Shown: piece after piece, positions 1-13,600 of the stretch
Position numbering within the stretch: the stretch's first letter is position 1
How the letters are laid out: every line of letters starts with the position of its first letter
Assembly: GCF_006345805.1 (NCBI RefSeq)
Contig: NC_043021.1
Coordinates: forward strand, 2,604,001-2,668,000
Reading direction: 5' to 3'
DNA from: Octopus sinensis
Taxonomy: Eukaryota
DNA: 64,000 nt
Position numbers and translations under genes: made by a program
Notes under the pieces: model-generated
What the model was told of the DNA's origin: nothing
Databases searched by the model: none
The model's input: the letters and a program-made list of their open reading frames with translations, nothing else

Positions 1-939
1 GTTACCGTGCATGTGAAGCATTGATGTACATGTGTGTGTTTGATGGGGTGTGGGAGACAGACAGTATGTTGTGTAAGTGAAGTGCTTCTGTTAGTGTGTG
101 TGAAGAGACAAAGTAATGTGTGAAAGAGAGAGATAACTGAAATCTTTTACTCGGTGTATGTGTATATGTATGTATATTACTTCAAAAGTTCCCGCAAGCC
201 CATATGTAAAAAAAAAAAAAAATTTTTTTACGGAAATCGACGGAAAGGTCTACTAGAGACGAAAGATCGCCGAAATAATTTCCAAACGTTTTGGGAGTTA
301 ATTAAACCAATTAAAGTAGCTTCGACTTGGAATAGAAAGAAAAACCGAACGCAAAATGTAATGAGTCGTAGCTTACTTTTTTCTTCTTCTTGTTGTCTCT
401 CTCTTATTCTTAAAATATCGAAGGAGATAAACTGTATGAGAATATAAAACAATAAATCACCAACGAAGTCTTCTTATTTCTTGACATTTTCTTTTCAATT
501 CCGACCGAGTATTTAACTATTATACGCAAGTTATCTCCCTTGACAGAGCCTCAAAGGAGGTCAATAGGCCTGTTAGAAATAGCAGTCGAACTACACTACA
601 AGAACAACTTAACACATATTTAAAAAAGGTAAGACGTTGCATCACCGCCGTCGCAAGGCATGGGTACACTGGATTAGTTGCCCGGGCATCTCTCGGGTTT
701 AGGGGTCAATTCCGACTTGCTGTCAATAAATACTATAGAACCCAATTTGTCCGAGGGTCCATAATACTTCTAAGCTGGGTTGTAAATTGCAATTTTTTTT
801 TTTTAATATACAAACTTTATTATGCATATAATACGTGTGTATATGATACATATATATAGTATAAAAGAAAAACAGCAAGGATGGGGGGAAAGAAAAGAGA
901 AAGACATCCATGCAGCACCAAGTGATTCAGTTGGTTGCA

Positions 940-1139
940 CACCACAAGCGTACTTGTGGTTGAAATTGCCGAAATGCAAGAAATTAAAGAACAAATAGCT
1001 TACAAACTACAGAATTTTCTCAAGAAAGCCAAGAGAAAAAGATGTTTTATGTAACACATTCTACCAGTATACGAAGTTTAAAAGTGTTTAGTTTCAAAGA
1101 AATTATTTTAAAAATCTGCCGGTCAAAGCGAAAAGATCC
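940..1139. mobile_element. Partial copy of the 40929-41284 MITE
   Basis: Shares ...AAAGCCAAGAGAAAAAGAT...CATTCTACCAGTATAC... and terminal CGAAAAGATCC. Confidence 0.6.
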
Positions 1140-2467
1140 GCGTATTTTTATCTTCAAATTAAATTCCATTTTCTTTTTCCAAAAATGCTTAATTTCCACT
1201 TAATGAACCATTCTGTATGCACTATATCATCAAGGTATAACTTGGGGGGAAATTCTTTTAAAAAAATAAAATAAAACTATTTCTAGAATAAGTATTTATA
1301 ATTATTTTAAGTATAGCTACAGGTTGGTTATCCATCACACACACACACGTTCGGCAATATTCATGTTTTAAATTAATTTTTTGCAGAGATACATTTTCAA
1401 GGCTGCAATCGTAGGATTATATTTAAAGTATTTTTTAAAGAAGTTTCGGATTATTCTTTGCTCCCACCTAACTCTATTGTCTTAAGATTCTAAAGACAAC
1501 TCTTATTTTTTTTTTAACATTAAACTCCGATATTCTTCTCGATCTAAAAGGTATTTCTTTTAAGAAAATTTCATTTAAAAATACCCATTTTTCTGAAAGT
1601 GGGGTTCACACTTATGTAGGCATGTCTCACAATAAATCTTATAAAATATGTGAAAAGGGCCTCAATTTTTAGGACAATTGGAAACAAAGTCGGGGAGGAC
1701 TGGGAAGAATGATCCGAAAGTTCTTGGGAAATTTTTTCTTTTCTAAATTTTATGAATATAATTTTAAATGTACACTAAAACAACAACCTGCCTTTGCAAA
1801 GTGAAGGTTCATTATAAGGTGAAAGTAAAGAATACGTACACCTGGTGTTTAGGGTTTTTGTTACGCCAAAAACGGTGGGGGAGAATGTATTCTTTACCTC
1901 CACACATTATAAAACTACGCATTTTCCAGAAAATTAGAAAGAAACAAAGTCGAGAAGAGGAATGTCACACCAAAGGTTAATGTGTGATTATGGTTTATTT
2001 TGCGACACAGTGACGGATCTCTTATTGGTACTGCTAGAAATAGCAGCCAGATTTCCCTCCAATAACACCTTATTGTCTTAAAAAGCAGAAAGGTATCTAA
2101 AAAATCCGATTTTTTTTTTACAAGTACCTCTCTTATTGGGCTTCCAGAAATCTGGGAATCTTGTGCAATTGTATTGAGTAAAACAGACCGTGTTTTGATG
2201 TTGGTTAATTTATCTACGGCGTATTAAAAATAGTTTCGTTCTTTATTTTTAAAGTGGGTTGAAGTACCTTTAGAAGCACCTGTATGTTTTTTACCTTTAT
2301 TGTTATACTATTAACATTATGCGTCACACATGGTGCAGTATGACGTATTTTGAGGCTAATAAATTTCTAAGAGGCCCTGCTTCAGAAGTGTATAAATTTG
2401 AATCTGTTAAATACAATTTAGTTCTTTACTTTTCATAGTTTATTTTGTATCTAAAGTTTTATATTGA

Positions 2468-2792
2468 GACTTTCTTCAGAAAACCGGAAAATAATCCAGA
2501 AATCCGGAGCACTTCCAGTCCAAAGATTACCGGATAATTTGGCTTGGGACTGTCTTCAGAAAACCGGAAAATAATCCAGAAATCCGGAGCACTTCCAGTC
2601 CCAAGATTACCGGATAATTTGGCTCGGGACTGTCTTCAGAAAACCGGAAAATAATCCAGAAATCCGGAGCACTTCCAGTCCCAAGTTTACCGGATAATTT
2701 GGCTCGGGACTGTCTTCAGAAAACCGGAAAATAATCCAGAAATCCGGAGCACTTCCAGTCATAAGTTTACCGGATAATTTGGCTCGGGACTG
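2468..2792 (+). repeat. 80-bp tandem repeat (4 copies) ~200 bp upstream of the WARS1 ATG
   Basis: Unit ...TCTTCAGAAAACCGGAAAATAATCCAGAAATCCGGAGCACTTCCAGTCCCAAG... recurs at 2473, 2553, 2633 and 2713. Confidence 0.95.
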
Positions 2793-2988
2793 CATTTATT
2801 CCACAGGTTTTAGCTGTATAATAAACAGGAGAGAAATCATTGTGTAAAACGAGGAAGAAACCGGCCGAAGACGTTGCATTCGGATGATATTTATCGATCA
2901 AGTGTGGACCGGAACCGGTGTCGCAGTTATTAGTTCCCCTGTGTAAGAGAAAGCTCAGTGTTGGAAGGGAGTCCACGTTTCTTGCATC

Positions 2989-3130
2989 ATGGCAAACGAA
3001 TTAGAATCGAATATGAATGAGTTGAACCTAAAGGATAAAGACGAAGCAGAAGAAGATGAAAACGATGTGGTTAATCCATGGAATGTTGTCAGCAAGTCAG
3101 CCAAAGGCGTTGACTACGATAAACTCATCA
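2989..3130 (+). CDS. WARS1: WARS1 coding exon 1
   Basis: MANELES...[21 protein letters not shown], followed by donor GTAAG at 3131. Confidence 0.93.
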
Positions 3131-5629
3131 GTAAGCTTCTCTTGTTAATTTTTTTCTCTCCTTCTTACATCATTAATTAAGCACCTGCTTATTTTATCGC
3201 TTCTGCAATTACTGACTGGCCATGATTAACTTTCTTATAATTATTAGTATCACTTGTTACTCCGCCCGGGGGTTAACTTTGCTTCTCATCCTTCAGGGAT
3301 CAATAAAATAAAGGACCGGTTAAATACCGGCTTCAATTAAATAAGGGACCGGTTATGTACCTGGGTTTGTGGTAGGCATAGGCACCCTTTCTCAAGAAGC
3401 ACGCAGCATGAGATACAGATCATCATCATCATCATCATGCAGGCCAACTACTAAAAAAATAATAATATATTGAAGGTAGAGTCTCGCGGGCCGCAGTTTG
3501 CCCCTGACTAGTCTATATTAGCGACAAATTCTCTCACCCAGACACACCCTTGTGTCTATTTGAGAATCAAGCAAATCTGGCAAGAAGCGTCGAATAAAGA
3601 AAAGTGATTCGCAGTATTTGTTCCGACCCTGAGTTCAAATCCTGCGGAAGGCAGTTTTACCTTTCATCCTTTCAGGGCCGGTAAAGTAAAAGTATTAATA
3701 ACCAGTAGGTACTGGAGTCGATGGGATATAGACTTGACACTTACTTTCATTATCACTGGCTTCGTGCCTAAACCAGAAACCATTACTATTATTATTATTA
3801 ATAGCATTTCATTCGCTTTAGCAACATTTCGTCCGTCTTGTATGTTCTGAGTTCAATTTCCGCCGAGGTCAATAAATTAAGTATACCAGTGGAACACTGG
3901 GGTCGATGTAATCGACTAGCACCCCTTACCCGAAAATTCAGCCCTTGTGCCTGTAGTAGAAAGGATTATTATTTTTATTATTTAAACTAAAAAATATTAG
4001 AAGAGGGTATAATTGTATTTTTGTCTAAAGGAATTTAAAATATTCTTATGAAGAACCGAAACGTTTGGTTTTTTCGTTGTTGCAGGATATAATTCTTACA
4101 TTAAATATATGGAAATAAATATCATTATTTTACATAATCTTGGAGATAATTCATCATAAATCATATGTTTTAGTGTCCAACTGTGGCGTATAGGTTATTA
4201 AATTAACGAAGCAAATGGTCTACAGCTTATCCACTTTCTGATGCAATGTTTTAAAGATTTGATGTAAACGATTGCACGAGAAAGAAGATATAAGATCTAT
4301 CATTAAGATACTACAAAAAAAATTAGGAATTATTATTATTATATATAAGGTGGCGAACTAGGAGAATTGTTAATGCGCCGGAGAAAATGCTTAATGTTAT
4401 TTCATCCGTCTTTACGTTTCTGAGTTCAAATTCCGACGAAGTCGACTTTGCTTTTCATCCTTTCAGGGTCGATGTAATCGATTAGCCTCCTTCCTCAAAG
4501 TTTCAGGCTTTGTGTTAAACTGTAGAAAGAATTAGAATCGTTTACCCGCCGCCGAATAAAGTGTTTAGCGGCATTTCGTCCGTCTTTACGTTCTGAGTTC
4601 AAATTCCGCCGAGGTCAGCTTTGCAGTGTCATCCTTTCGGGATCGACAAAATAAGAACCAGTCAAGTATGTGATCGACTATCCCCCTCCCCTCAAATTCC
4701 AGGCCTTGTGCCTATAGTAGAAAGGATTATTATTATTAGTAGTAGTAAATTAGGACATAACATTTGTGACCCCAAAATGAAAGTAGGGCTATAGTAATCT
4801 CTACCTGGGCAATGTCCACCTGTATATTGCCAAAATAAAGCACCACCATTTCAATGTTTTCCCCAAAAAAATTTCCTGGATTCCTGAGATCACAATTTTC
4901 CCTAAATGAATTAAAGAAATAATATAAAAAGCTTTCCAGTTTCTTAATCTCCAACTCTTTTTTTTTTTTTTGTATACCTACACAACTGTACCCCGCCTCC
5001 CCTTTTTTTTAAAGGCAAATTTTCTATATATACACTTCATACGCCGTAGACTTTATTTATATCAGAATTTGTGAAAAAAAATTTCTGAGGATGGGGAGAG
5101 AAGATTCCAGAAATTCACACCAGTTGACTTTGTTTCTTCATAACTTTTTTGAAAAAATGGTTATTTTTTAATGAAACTTTCAGATAGTGTAGATCTCAAT
5201 CAAAGTGGAATTTAAGGTGGAAAAAAAAAAAAAAAAAAAGCAAAAGAGACAAGGAATTAGTGGGCATGTATAGGAATTCACCAAGGATCGGTTCTCATCC
5301 CCTACTCTTTTGTTTATCATAGTCCTTCAGGCCTCAACAGAGGAATTTAAGACTGATTGCCTTTGAGACTTTCTCTACGCTGATAACCTTGTTCTTATGG
5401 CTGAATCACTGCCAGAACTAGAGAAGAAATTTCAGGTGTGGAAGCAAGGTCTGGAACCAAAGCATTAATTTAGCAAAGACCAAAGTCCTAGTTAGCAGGA
5501 GAACAGACATCTTAGAAAACTCTTCAGGGGGATGGCCTTGCTCAACATGTAGACAAGCATTGGTAGAAATTGGGTTAATGTTTTTTTTCACGTGCCAGTA
5601 AGGTAACGCTGGTAATGTACACGCTCGAA

Positions 5630-5660
<31 letters not shown>

Positions 5661-6961
5661 GGGAGTATTTCCAAACATACAGGGAAAAATTAGATTTAGG
5701 ATTAAATCTAATTTTACAGTATAAATATAAATTAAATTAGAGATAAAACCACTATTAGGCAAATCAAACAGTGAAAAACATAAACCAAAACATAGAAATA
5801 AAATTAATTAATATAATATACAAAATAATAAAATATAAACTTTAAATTATTTAAATTTAAAGTTAAAAATTTTAATTAATTTATATTTATAAATTTATAT
5901 ATATATATATATTTTATTATTTATTTTTTTTTTTATTAAATATATATAACTATCAAAATGTATTAAAAAGTTTAATATAAGATATTGCCTAATAGTGGTT
6001 TTATCTCTTATTTAATTTTTATCATCATCATCATCATTTAACGTCCGCTTTCTATGCTGGCATGGGTTGGACGGTTCAACTGGGGTCTGGGAAGCCAGAA
6101 GGCTGCACCAGGCCCAGTCTGATCTGGCAGTATTTCTACAGCTGGATGCCCTTCTTAACGCCAACCACTCCGTGAGTGTAGTGGGTGCTTTTTACGTGCC
6201 AGATGGGGCTGGCAGACGGCCACGATCGGATGGTGCTTTTTACGTGCCACTGGCACGGGGACCAGACGAAGCTGGCAACGGCCACGGTCAGATGGTGCTT
6301 TTTACGTGCCACTGGCACGGAGGCCAGTTGGGCGGAGCTGGCTATGGCCACGTTCGGATGGATCTCTTACGTGCCACCGGCACTGGTATCACAGCTACAA
6401 GTTCCATTGATGTTGATAGATTACGATTTTGATAAATGTCACACTTCTTTTGGTTTCTGTTTCAAATTCATTCACAAGGCTTTGGTGTCCACAAAACTAC
6501 AATAGACGACACTTGCCCAAGGTGGCATGCAGTGGAAATGAACCTAGAACCATGTGGTTGGGAAGCAGACTTCTTACCATGTGGCCATGCTTGCACCTAT
6601 TTATTATCACCAATGCTAAACCATACTAAACCAATACTAACTGACATACTTAGAAACCAAAGCAGTGAAGGTGTCGGGGATTTGGTGTCCAGTCAAAAAA
6701 TATTTTTATGAGTCACTGTTTATTTGTTTTTGGTGTTTGATGTCTCCCTTTGCATTCCTTCCTTTTTTATGGTGGTTCTCAATGTTCTTGTCAAAGACTT
6801 CAATAAAAGAAAACTATAAATTGTATTTTATTAAATGACACTTCTCTTGGAATTAGCTAATAATAATAATGATGATGATGATAACTAATAATGATGATGA
6901 TGATAATATAATAATGATGATGATGATGATAATAATAATGATGATAATAATAATAATGATA

Positions 6962-6996
<35 letters not shown>

Positions 6997-7213
6997 AACA
7001 ATAACATTCAGACAAATACATAACAAAAACACCAGGATTTACAAACACATATAACATACAGAAAATTGCACTACTAGGCACTGCACACATCCTACGCAGA
7101 ACACTTTCCATACAATAACCATCAGAGCATCACAACAAATCACAGCACATACCCAAGGCACACAGAGCTGCGCTCGGTAGTGAAGTGAAAGCACGATATA
7201 AAAAATAAAACTA

Positions 7214-7247
<34 letters not shown>

Positions 7248-10200
7248 TTAATGATGATAATAAATAATTTTCAAATACTTCAAATGCCTTTTATGACTTA
7301 TTTGCTGCGTAAACTGTTTCAAGCTGTTTTTTTTGACTTGGTGATATATGGTTGTCTCAAGTGTTTCTCCTGTGTTAAGTTTTATAAAGTCTCTGTCGTT
7401 GGTGTTTATAGATGGAGACGTGGATGTGTAGGTAAGAAGCTGGCTTTCCAACCATTCAGTCCTTGGTTCAGTCCCACTGTTTGTGGTCGAGTATTTTCTA
7501 TTATGGCCTTGGGTTGACCAAAACCTTGTGAGTGGATTTGGTAGACAGTAACTTAAAGAAGTCTCATTTATAAATATATATATTTCTTTACTACCCACAA
7601 GGGGCTAAACACAGAGTGGACAAACAAGGACAGACAAGCAGATTAAGTCAATTATATGCATGTGTGTGTGTATATATATATATAAAACCCTTTTCAAAAT
7701 GTGACCACGTGTGTACCATTGGCAATTTTTTTTTCCTCTGTCTTCCCTTCTCTGGATCTTTCCTTCTCCTATGTTTCCGACGAAGAGCTCCGCTTGAAAC
7801 GTTAAACCCTCGCTCTTTCCTTCTTTCCTGAGCGTCCAATAATACTATATTTGTTCCACGTCCTCGCGTTGTTGTGTTTTTTTGTGCTTTCTTGTTTGGA
7901 TTAACTATATATTTATGTGTGTGTGTGTATGTTTTTATGTTGAGTTATAAAAAAACTATTTCCCATTAAATTGAAGGGTTATTCTATACTTTTAGTAGGG
8001 TACATATTATTCTTTAACAAGAATTGCGTTGACAGTGACTTCGAAGTTTCAGCCTGCATCCAGTGTCCATGTCTTGCTGCCATGCAGCATTACACTTCAA
8101 ACCCAAGTATCATACAACTGACTCTTCATCCAGTGAGCAAATCCTTTTGTTGTCAGTCAAGATTAGTCAAAGATTAATCCTGAATAGAGAAATAAACTGC
8201 ATAGGTTTAACCCTTTAGTTGTTAAACCAGCCATACCTGGCCAATATATTCCACCTGTTTTGTGTTCCTACTGGTTGCTTTTGAGACTTTCTCTATGCTG
8301 ATAACCTTGTTCTTATAGCTGAATCACCTCCAGAACTAGAGAAGAAATTTCAGGTGTGGAAGCAAGGCCTGGAACCAAAGAATTAATTTAGCAAAGACCA
8401 AAGTCCTAGTTAGCAGGAGAACAGACATCTTAGAAATCTCTTCAGGGAGATGGTCTTGCTCAACCTGTAGACAAGCATTGGTAGAAATTGGGTTAATGTT
8501 TTTTTCACGTGCCAGTAAGGCAACGCTGGTAATGTACACGCTCGATATATATATATATATATATATAAATGTCGCACTTCTTTTGGTTTCTGTTTTAAAT
8601 TCATTCACAAGGCTTTGGTTGGCCCAAGGCTATAGTAGAAGACACTTGCCCAAGGTGGCATGCAGTGGAAATGAACCTAGAACCATGTGGTTGGGAAGCA
8701 AACTTCTTATCATGCCTTTTGTACTTAGCCTACAATGTCATTCTAAAAATAAACAATCACATCATTGAAATCTGAAAGCTATGAGATTAATGCATGATTA
8801 ATTCAAAAGAATATGATTAAATAAGGATTACATTTGACAGAATAATCTGAATGCTAAAGGGTTGAATCTTAGCCGTCTTTTTTACTTTTATTTATATTTT
8901 TTTTTAATCAGCGAGATTTGGCTGCAGTCCTCTTGACCAAAACCTACTTGATCGCATGGAAAAGATTATTGGTCAGCCTCTACATCATTTCCTGAGAAGA
9001 GGTATCTTTTTTGCACACAGGTAAACTTATTTCTTCTCTCTCTCTCCCCTCTCCCCCCTCTCTCTCTCTTCCAGGACCTATTTTGCAAATGCATCTTACT
9101 TCCATTGCAAAACTGTACATAAAGCAATTGCTGTTAAGCTTATTAAACAAATCATAAAGCTGTTAGTTTTGTCACATAAATTACAGACATAAGAGCAGCA
9201 GTGTTTATTTTTCATACTAAAGGTTATTATGGAGTATACCCAAAAGCTTTAGCCATTCTTGCATTCATAAATTAAATAAATTTGCTAGATACATTTGTCA
9301 TGAAGAAAAAATCGGCAAGTCTGAGAGAAGGACATTGCAGGATAAGACAGAATAAGATGGCTGAGGTTACTCGTGACATGCAGTCTGTTTTTGCTGTTTC
9401 GAAGTTGAGTATTATATATAAATTTATATATACTTATTAGTATACACATATTACATATGCACACACAAACACATACATACATTTGAATCCATAAATATCC
9501 ATACATAAAACATATATCCTCATTGTTTTAGCATTTCCTTTTCCACGTTCACATGGGTTGGGCTGAGTTTTCTATGGGCAGGCGTCCTTCTGGTTGCCAA
9601 TATGTGTGTGTGTGTTTATGCATATTTGTGTGTATGTATATGTGTGAGTATGTGTGTGTATATATATATATATATGTTATTATCTTGCCTTATTGATTTC
9701 TTTGTCTAATTTGTTTCAGGGAATTGAATGTTATTTTAGACATGTACGAGAAAGGCACACCTTTTTACCTATACACAGGACGGGGCCCATCTTCAATGGC
9801 CATGCATGTAGGTCACTTGATTCCTTTCATTATAACCAAGTAAGTGGTCAGTTTCTGTTTTTCACTCTGTTTAACTTGACTTTTCATTGGTCTGGAGTTG
9901 ATGAGATAAAATAACCTGTGTTAATTAATTTGATGCAGCCTTTTTTTTTTTCATATTTGAGGCCATGTGACTACCTTAAAAATCATCATTGCCATCATCG
10001 TCATGGTCGTCATCATCATCATCATCATTATCATCGTCATCACCATCATTAAATTCGTCATCATCATTGTGATCGTCATCATTATGGCAGCAAGTTTGTA
10101 GAATCGTTAGGATGCTTAACGGCATTTCATCTATCATTTATGTTCTGAGTACAAATTCCACCGATGGTCCGCTTTGCGTTTCATCCTTTCGGGGGCAATA

Positions 10201-10399
10201 AATTAAGTACCAGTGAAACACTGGGGTTGGCGTAATCAACTGCTTCCATCCCTACAAATTCCAGGCCTTGCGCCTTTAGTACAAAGGGTTATTATTATTA
10301 TCATTATCATTATTATTATCATTATTATTATTATTATCATCATCATCATTATTATTATTGTTATTATTATTATTATTATCATTATTATTATTATTATCA

Positions 10400-10433
<34 letters not shown>

Positions 10434-10456
10434 CATCATCATCATTATTATTGTTA

Positions 10457-10505
<49 letters not shown>

Positions 10506-10522
10506 CATCATCATCATCATCA

Positions 10523-10559
<37 letters not shown>

Positions 10560-10598
10560 CATTATTATTATTATTATCATCATCATTATATTATTATT

Positions 10599-10630
<32 letters not shown>

Positions 10631-13600
10631 TATTATTATTATTATTATTATTATTCTATATTAACTGAAATTATGTTTCTGTTTTCAGATGGTTGCAGGA
10701 CGTTTTTGATGTTCCTCTCGTCATCCAGCTGACGGATGATGAAAAGTTTCTGTGGAAGGATTTCTCTGTCGAGGAAGCAAGTCGATTGGCACACGAAAAT
10801 ACTAAGGACATCATCGCCATGGGTTTCGACCCCGAGAAAACATTTATATTCTCCGATTTTGAGCACATGGGGTAAGCAAAAGCAAATAGAACCAAATGCA
10901 GTTTTTTTTCTTCTTTAGACTTATTTTCAGACACCATTATTTATTTTGTCTCACTTCTTCCATTCCAGTGGCATTTATTCCAATCCTTGTCTATTTTGAA
11001 GCAACAATCAAATTCTATAATCTTCACAAAAAACTCTCTTTGCTTATTACAGGTGCATCTGTTAACAAATGTATATAAATGTCTGTACTTCCCCCTAACT
11101 CAAGGGTAAAACTGACACACACCTCTCTCTCTCTCTCTCTGATTCTCTCTTACTCTTCCTCTCTCTCTTTTTCCAACTGCAGTAGTCATGTATCTCCTCT
11201 TCTGTAAAACACCTCTTTCCATCCCCCCTGGAAGTGGCTGTGTGGTAAGAAGCTTGCTTCCCAACCACATGATTCCAGGGTCAGTCCCACTGCATGGCAC
11301 CTTGGGAAAATGTCCTCTAGTGTAACTTCGAGCCAACCAAAACCTTGTGAGCGGATTTGGCAGACGGAAACTGAACGAAGCTCGCCGTTTATCTGTGTGT
11401 GTCTTTGTGTCTCTGTTTGTCCCTCATCACAGCTTGGCAATTCTCTTCCACTCACTCAATACTTACTGCCTCATTCCCCTCCCCTTCTGGTGCCTCTATC
11501 ATTCACATTTCTTTGTTCTGCTTTGTTTGTTTGTCATCAGAATTCTAGGGCTCTGGTGTTCTTCAAGCTTGTTCAATTTGTCTCAACCGAACAATGGCAC
11601 AATTGAGTAAACCAATCATCATCATCATCGTTTAGCGTCCGTTTTCCATGCTGGCATGGGTTGGACGGTTCAACTGGGGTCTGGGAAGCCAGAAGGCTGC
11701 ACCAGGACCAGTCTGATCTGGCAGTGTTTCTATGGCTGGATGCCCTTCCTAACGCCAACCACTCCGTGAGTGTAGTGGGTGCTTTTTACGTGCCAGACGA
11801 GGCTGGCAAACGGCCACGATCGGATGGTGCTTTTTACATGCCACCGGCACTGGTATCACAGCTACAAATTCCATTGATGTTGATAGATTACGATTTTGAT
11901 TTTCACTTGCCTCAACAGGTCTTCACAAGTGGAGTTTTGTGTCCCAAGAAGGAAAGGAATGCATAAGTGGGCTGGCTACATCTCGGGTGTAGGCCACGGG
12001 ATTATGGCCTCACTTGTCCTGCCGGGTCTTCTCACGCACAGCATGCTTCCATAGGTCATGGTCTCTAGTCATTTCCTCGGTGAGACTTAAAGTTTGAAGG
12101 TTGTGCTAGCTGAAAGGTTGGATTTTTCTACAATTAAGTAATATGTAAGACCATTATCTATGCCTTGTCTTGTGCAGAGTGGTTGGTGTTAGAAAGGGCA
12201 TCCAGTTGCAAAATCCCTGCCAAAACAGACACAGTAGCCTTGGGTAGATTTTCTACCTGGCAGACACCTGTCAACCGTCCTAGTCACGCATACATGGAAG
12301 ATGGATGTTAAACGATGATGATGATGATATATATGTACAGTGAATTCAAATAAACAAGCAGTTTAGATAACGAATGATAAAATTAATGGGCAACAAAGGA
12401 GACATGCTCAAGATATGCATTCGCCTGATACTCAGTGAAAAGAGAGAGTTTTTAATGTTTCGAGCATAGCTCTTTGTCGGAGAAGGAGAAAAAGCAAAAG
12501 TCCGAAGAAGGAAAAGAAATCGCCAGCAACACATGTGTAGTTACATTGCTGAAGTGACTCGGTGTGTGTGTGTGTGAGTGTGTGTGTGTGTGTGTGCGTG
12601 TGTGTGTGTGTGTGTGTTTTTCAATCTATGCCAGCATGGAAGGAGGACATTAAACGATGATGGTGATGATGATAATGGTGATATATACATAGATATGGAT
12701 GTGTAATTTTGGTGTGCATCCACAATAAGAGTGTAAGTGTCCTGAGAGAAAAATTGGACATAAGAGGCATCAGATGTGGTGTGCAAGAGAAACGACGGCG
12801 CTGGTATGGTCATGTGATGCATATGGATGAGGACAGCTCTGTGAGGAAGTGTCACACTCTAATGGTGGAGGGAGCTTGTGGAAGAGGTAGACCCAGGGAG
12901 ACATGAGATAAGGTGGTGAAGCGCGATCTTCAAATGATGGTCCTCGCAGAGGCAATAACAAGTGACCAAGACCTTTGGTGATATGCCTTGTTTGAGAAGA
13001 CCGGTCAAGCGAAGTGAGATTGTAGGCTGATGGCAGTGTTGCATAACTGGCCCATTAAAAGCTCCCTTCAAATGTTGGGCAGTTGCTGTGCCTGTGAAGA
13101 CCTGTTGAGCCGAGGGAAATGATAGTTAGTTAGTCAATTTTTTGGCTCAAAACGCGAAAAGCAAGGCCATGTAGGGGGACATGGTGTTATGTACAGGGTG
13201 GTGTTCATGTAAAGAGTTCAGGCCACTTGTGGTCAAGGGAGACTTTGAACCGAGCGGTCGTCGGCATCTTCACCATCTCGTCCGGCAGCTTATTCCACGG
13301 ATCCGCAACCCGGACGGAGAAATCCCCTCTCCTTCGATTGAGATGAAATCGTCACAGATAGAGCTTTTCGGAGTGACCCCACATAGTTGTGGGTGATGCC
13401 AGTGCTGTCTGACTGGCATCCATGCTAGTGGCACATAAGAAGCACTGTTTGAGCTTTGGGCTTCATGGAGGCAGTGACGGGTGACAGAGGCCTTTGGTGA
13501 TATACTGCGCTTGGGTAGACCTGTCAAGCCAATTGAAACTGTAGTTGTGGCCGTGGCTGGCGTCAGGTCAATGGCTGGTGGCTCGTAAAAAATACCCAGT

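Noticed and set aside
154-545. Possible non-autonomous DNA element with AGATAACT/AGTTATCT short inverted match
   Set aside because: Match too short; no TSD or second copy in the window
2473-2792. CTGAAGA-stem-GAAG on the - strand of the 80-bp repeat as a hammerhead
   Set aside because: GAAG instead of GAAA; no stem III/NUH or stem I pairing
4050-4075. CTTATGAAGAACCGAAACGTT as a hammerhead
   Set aside because: Core mutated and no stem I or II; too degenerate to support
6180-6400. Direct repeats with hairpin and ~30-bp spacers resembling a CRISPR array
   Set aside because: Spacers are homologous to each other, the arrays sit within a eukaryotic LINE-tail repeat, and there are no cas genes
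10213-10732. Poly-Ile/Leu/Met ORFs (also 6857-7111, 31831-32816, 26585-27187, 55241-55563, 62531-62929)
   Set aside because: Microsatellite translations
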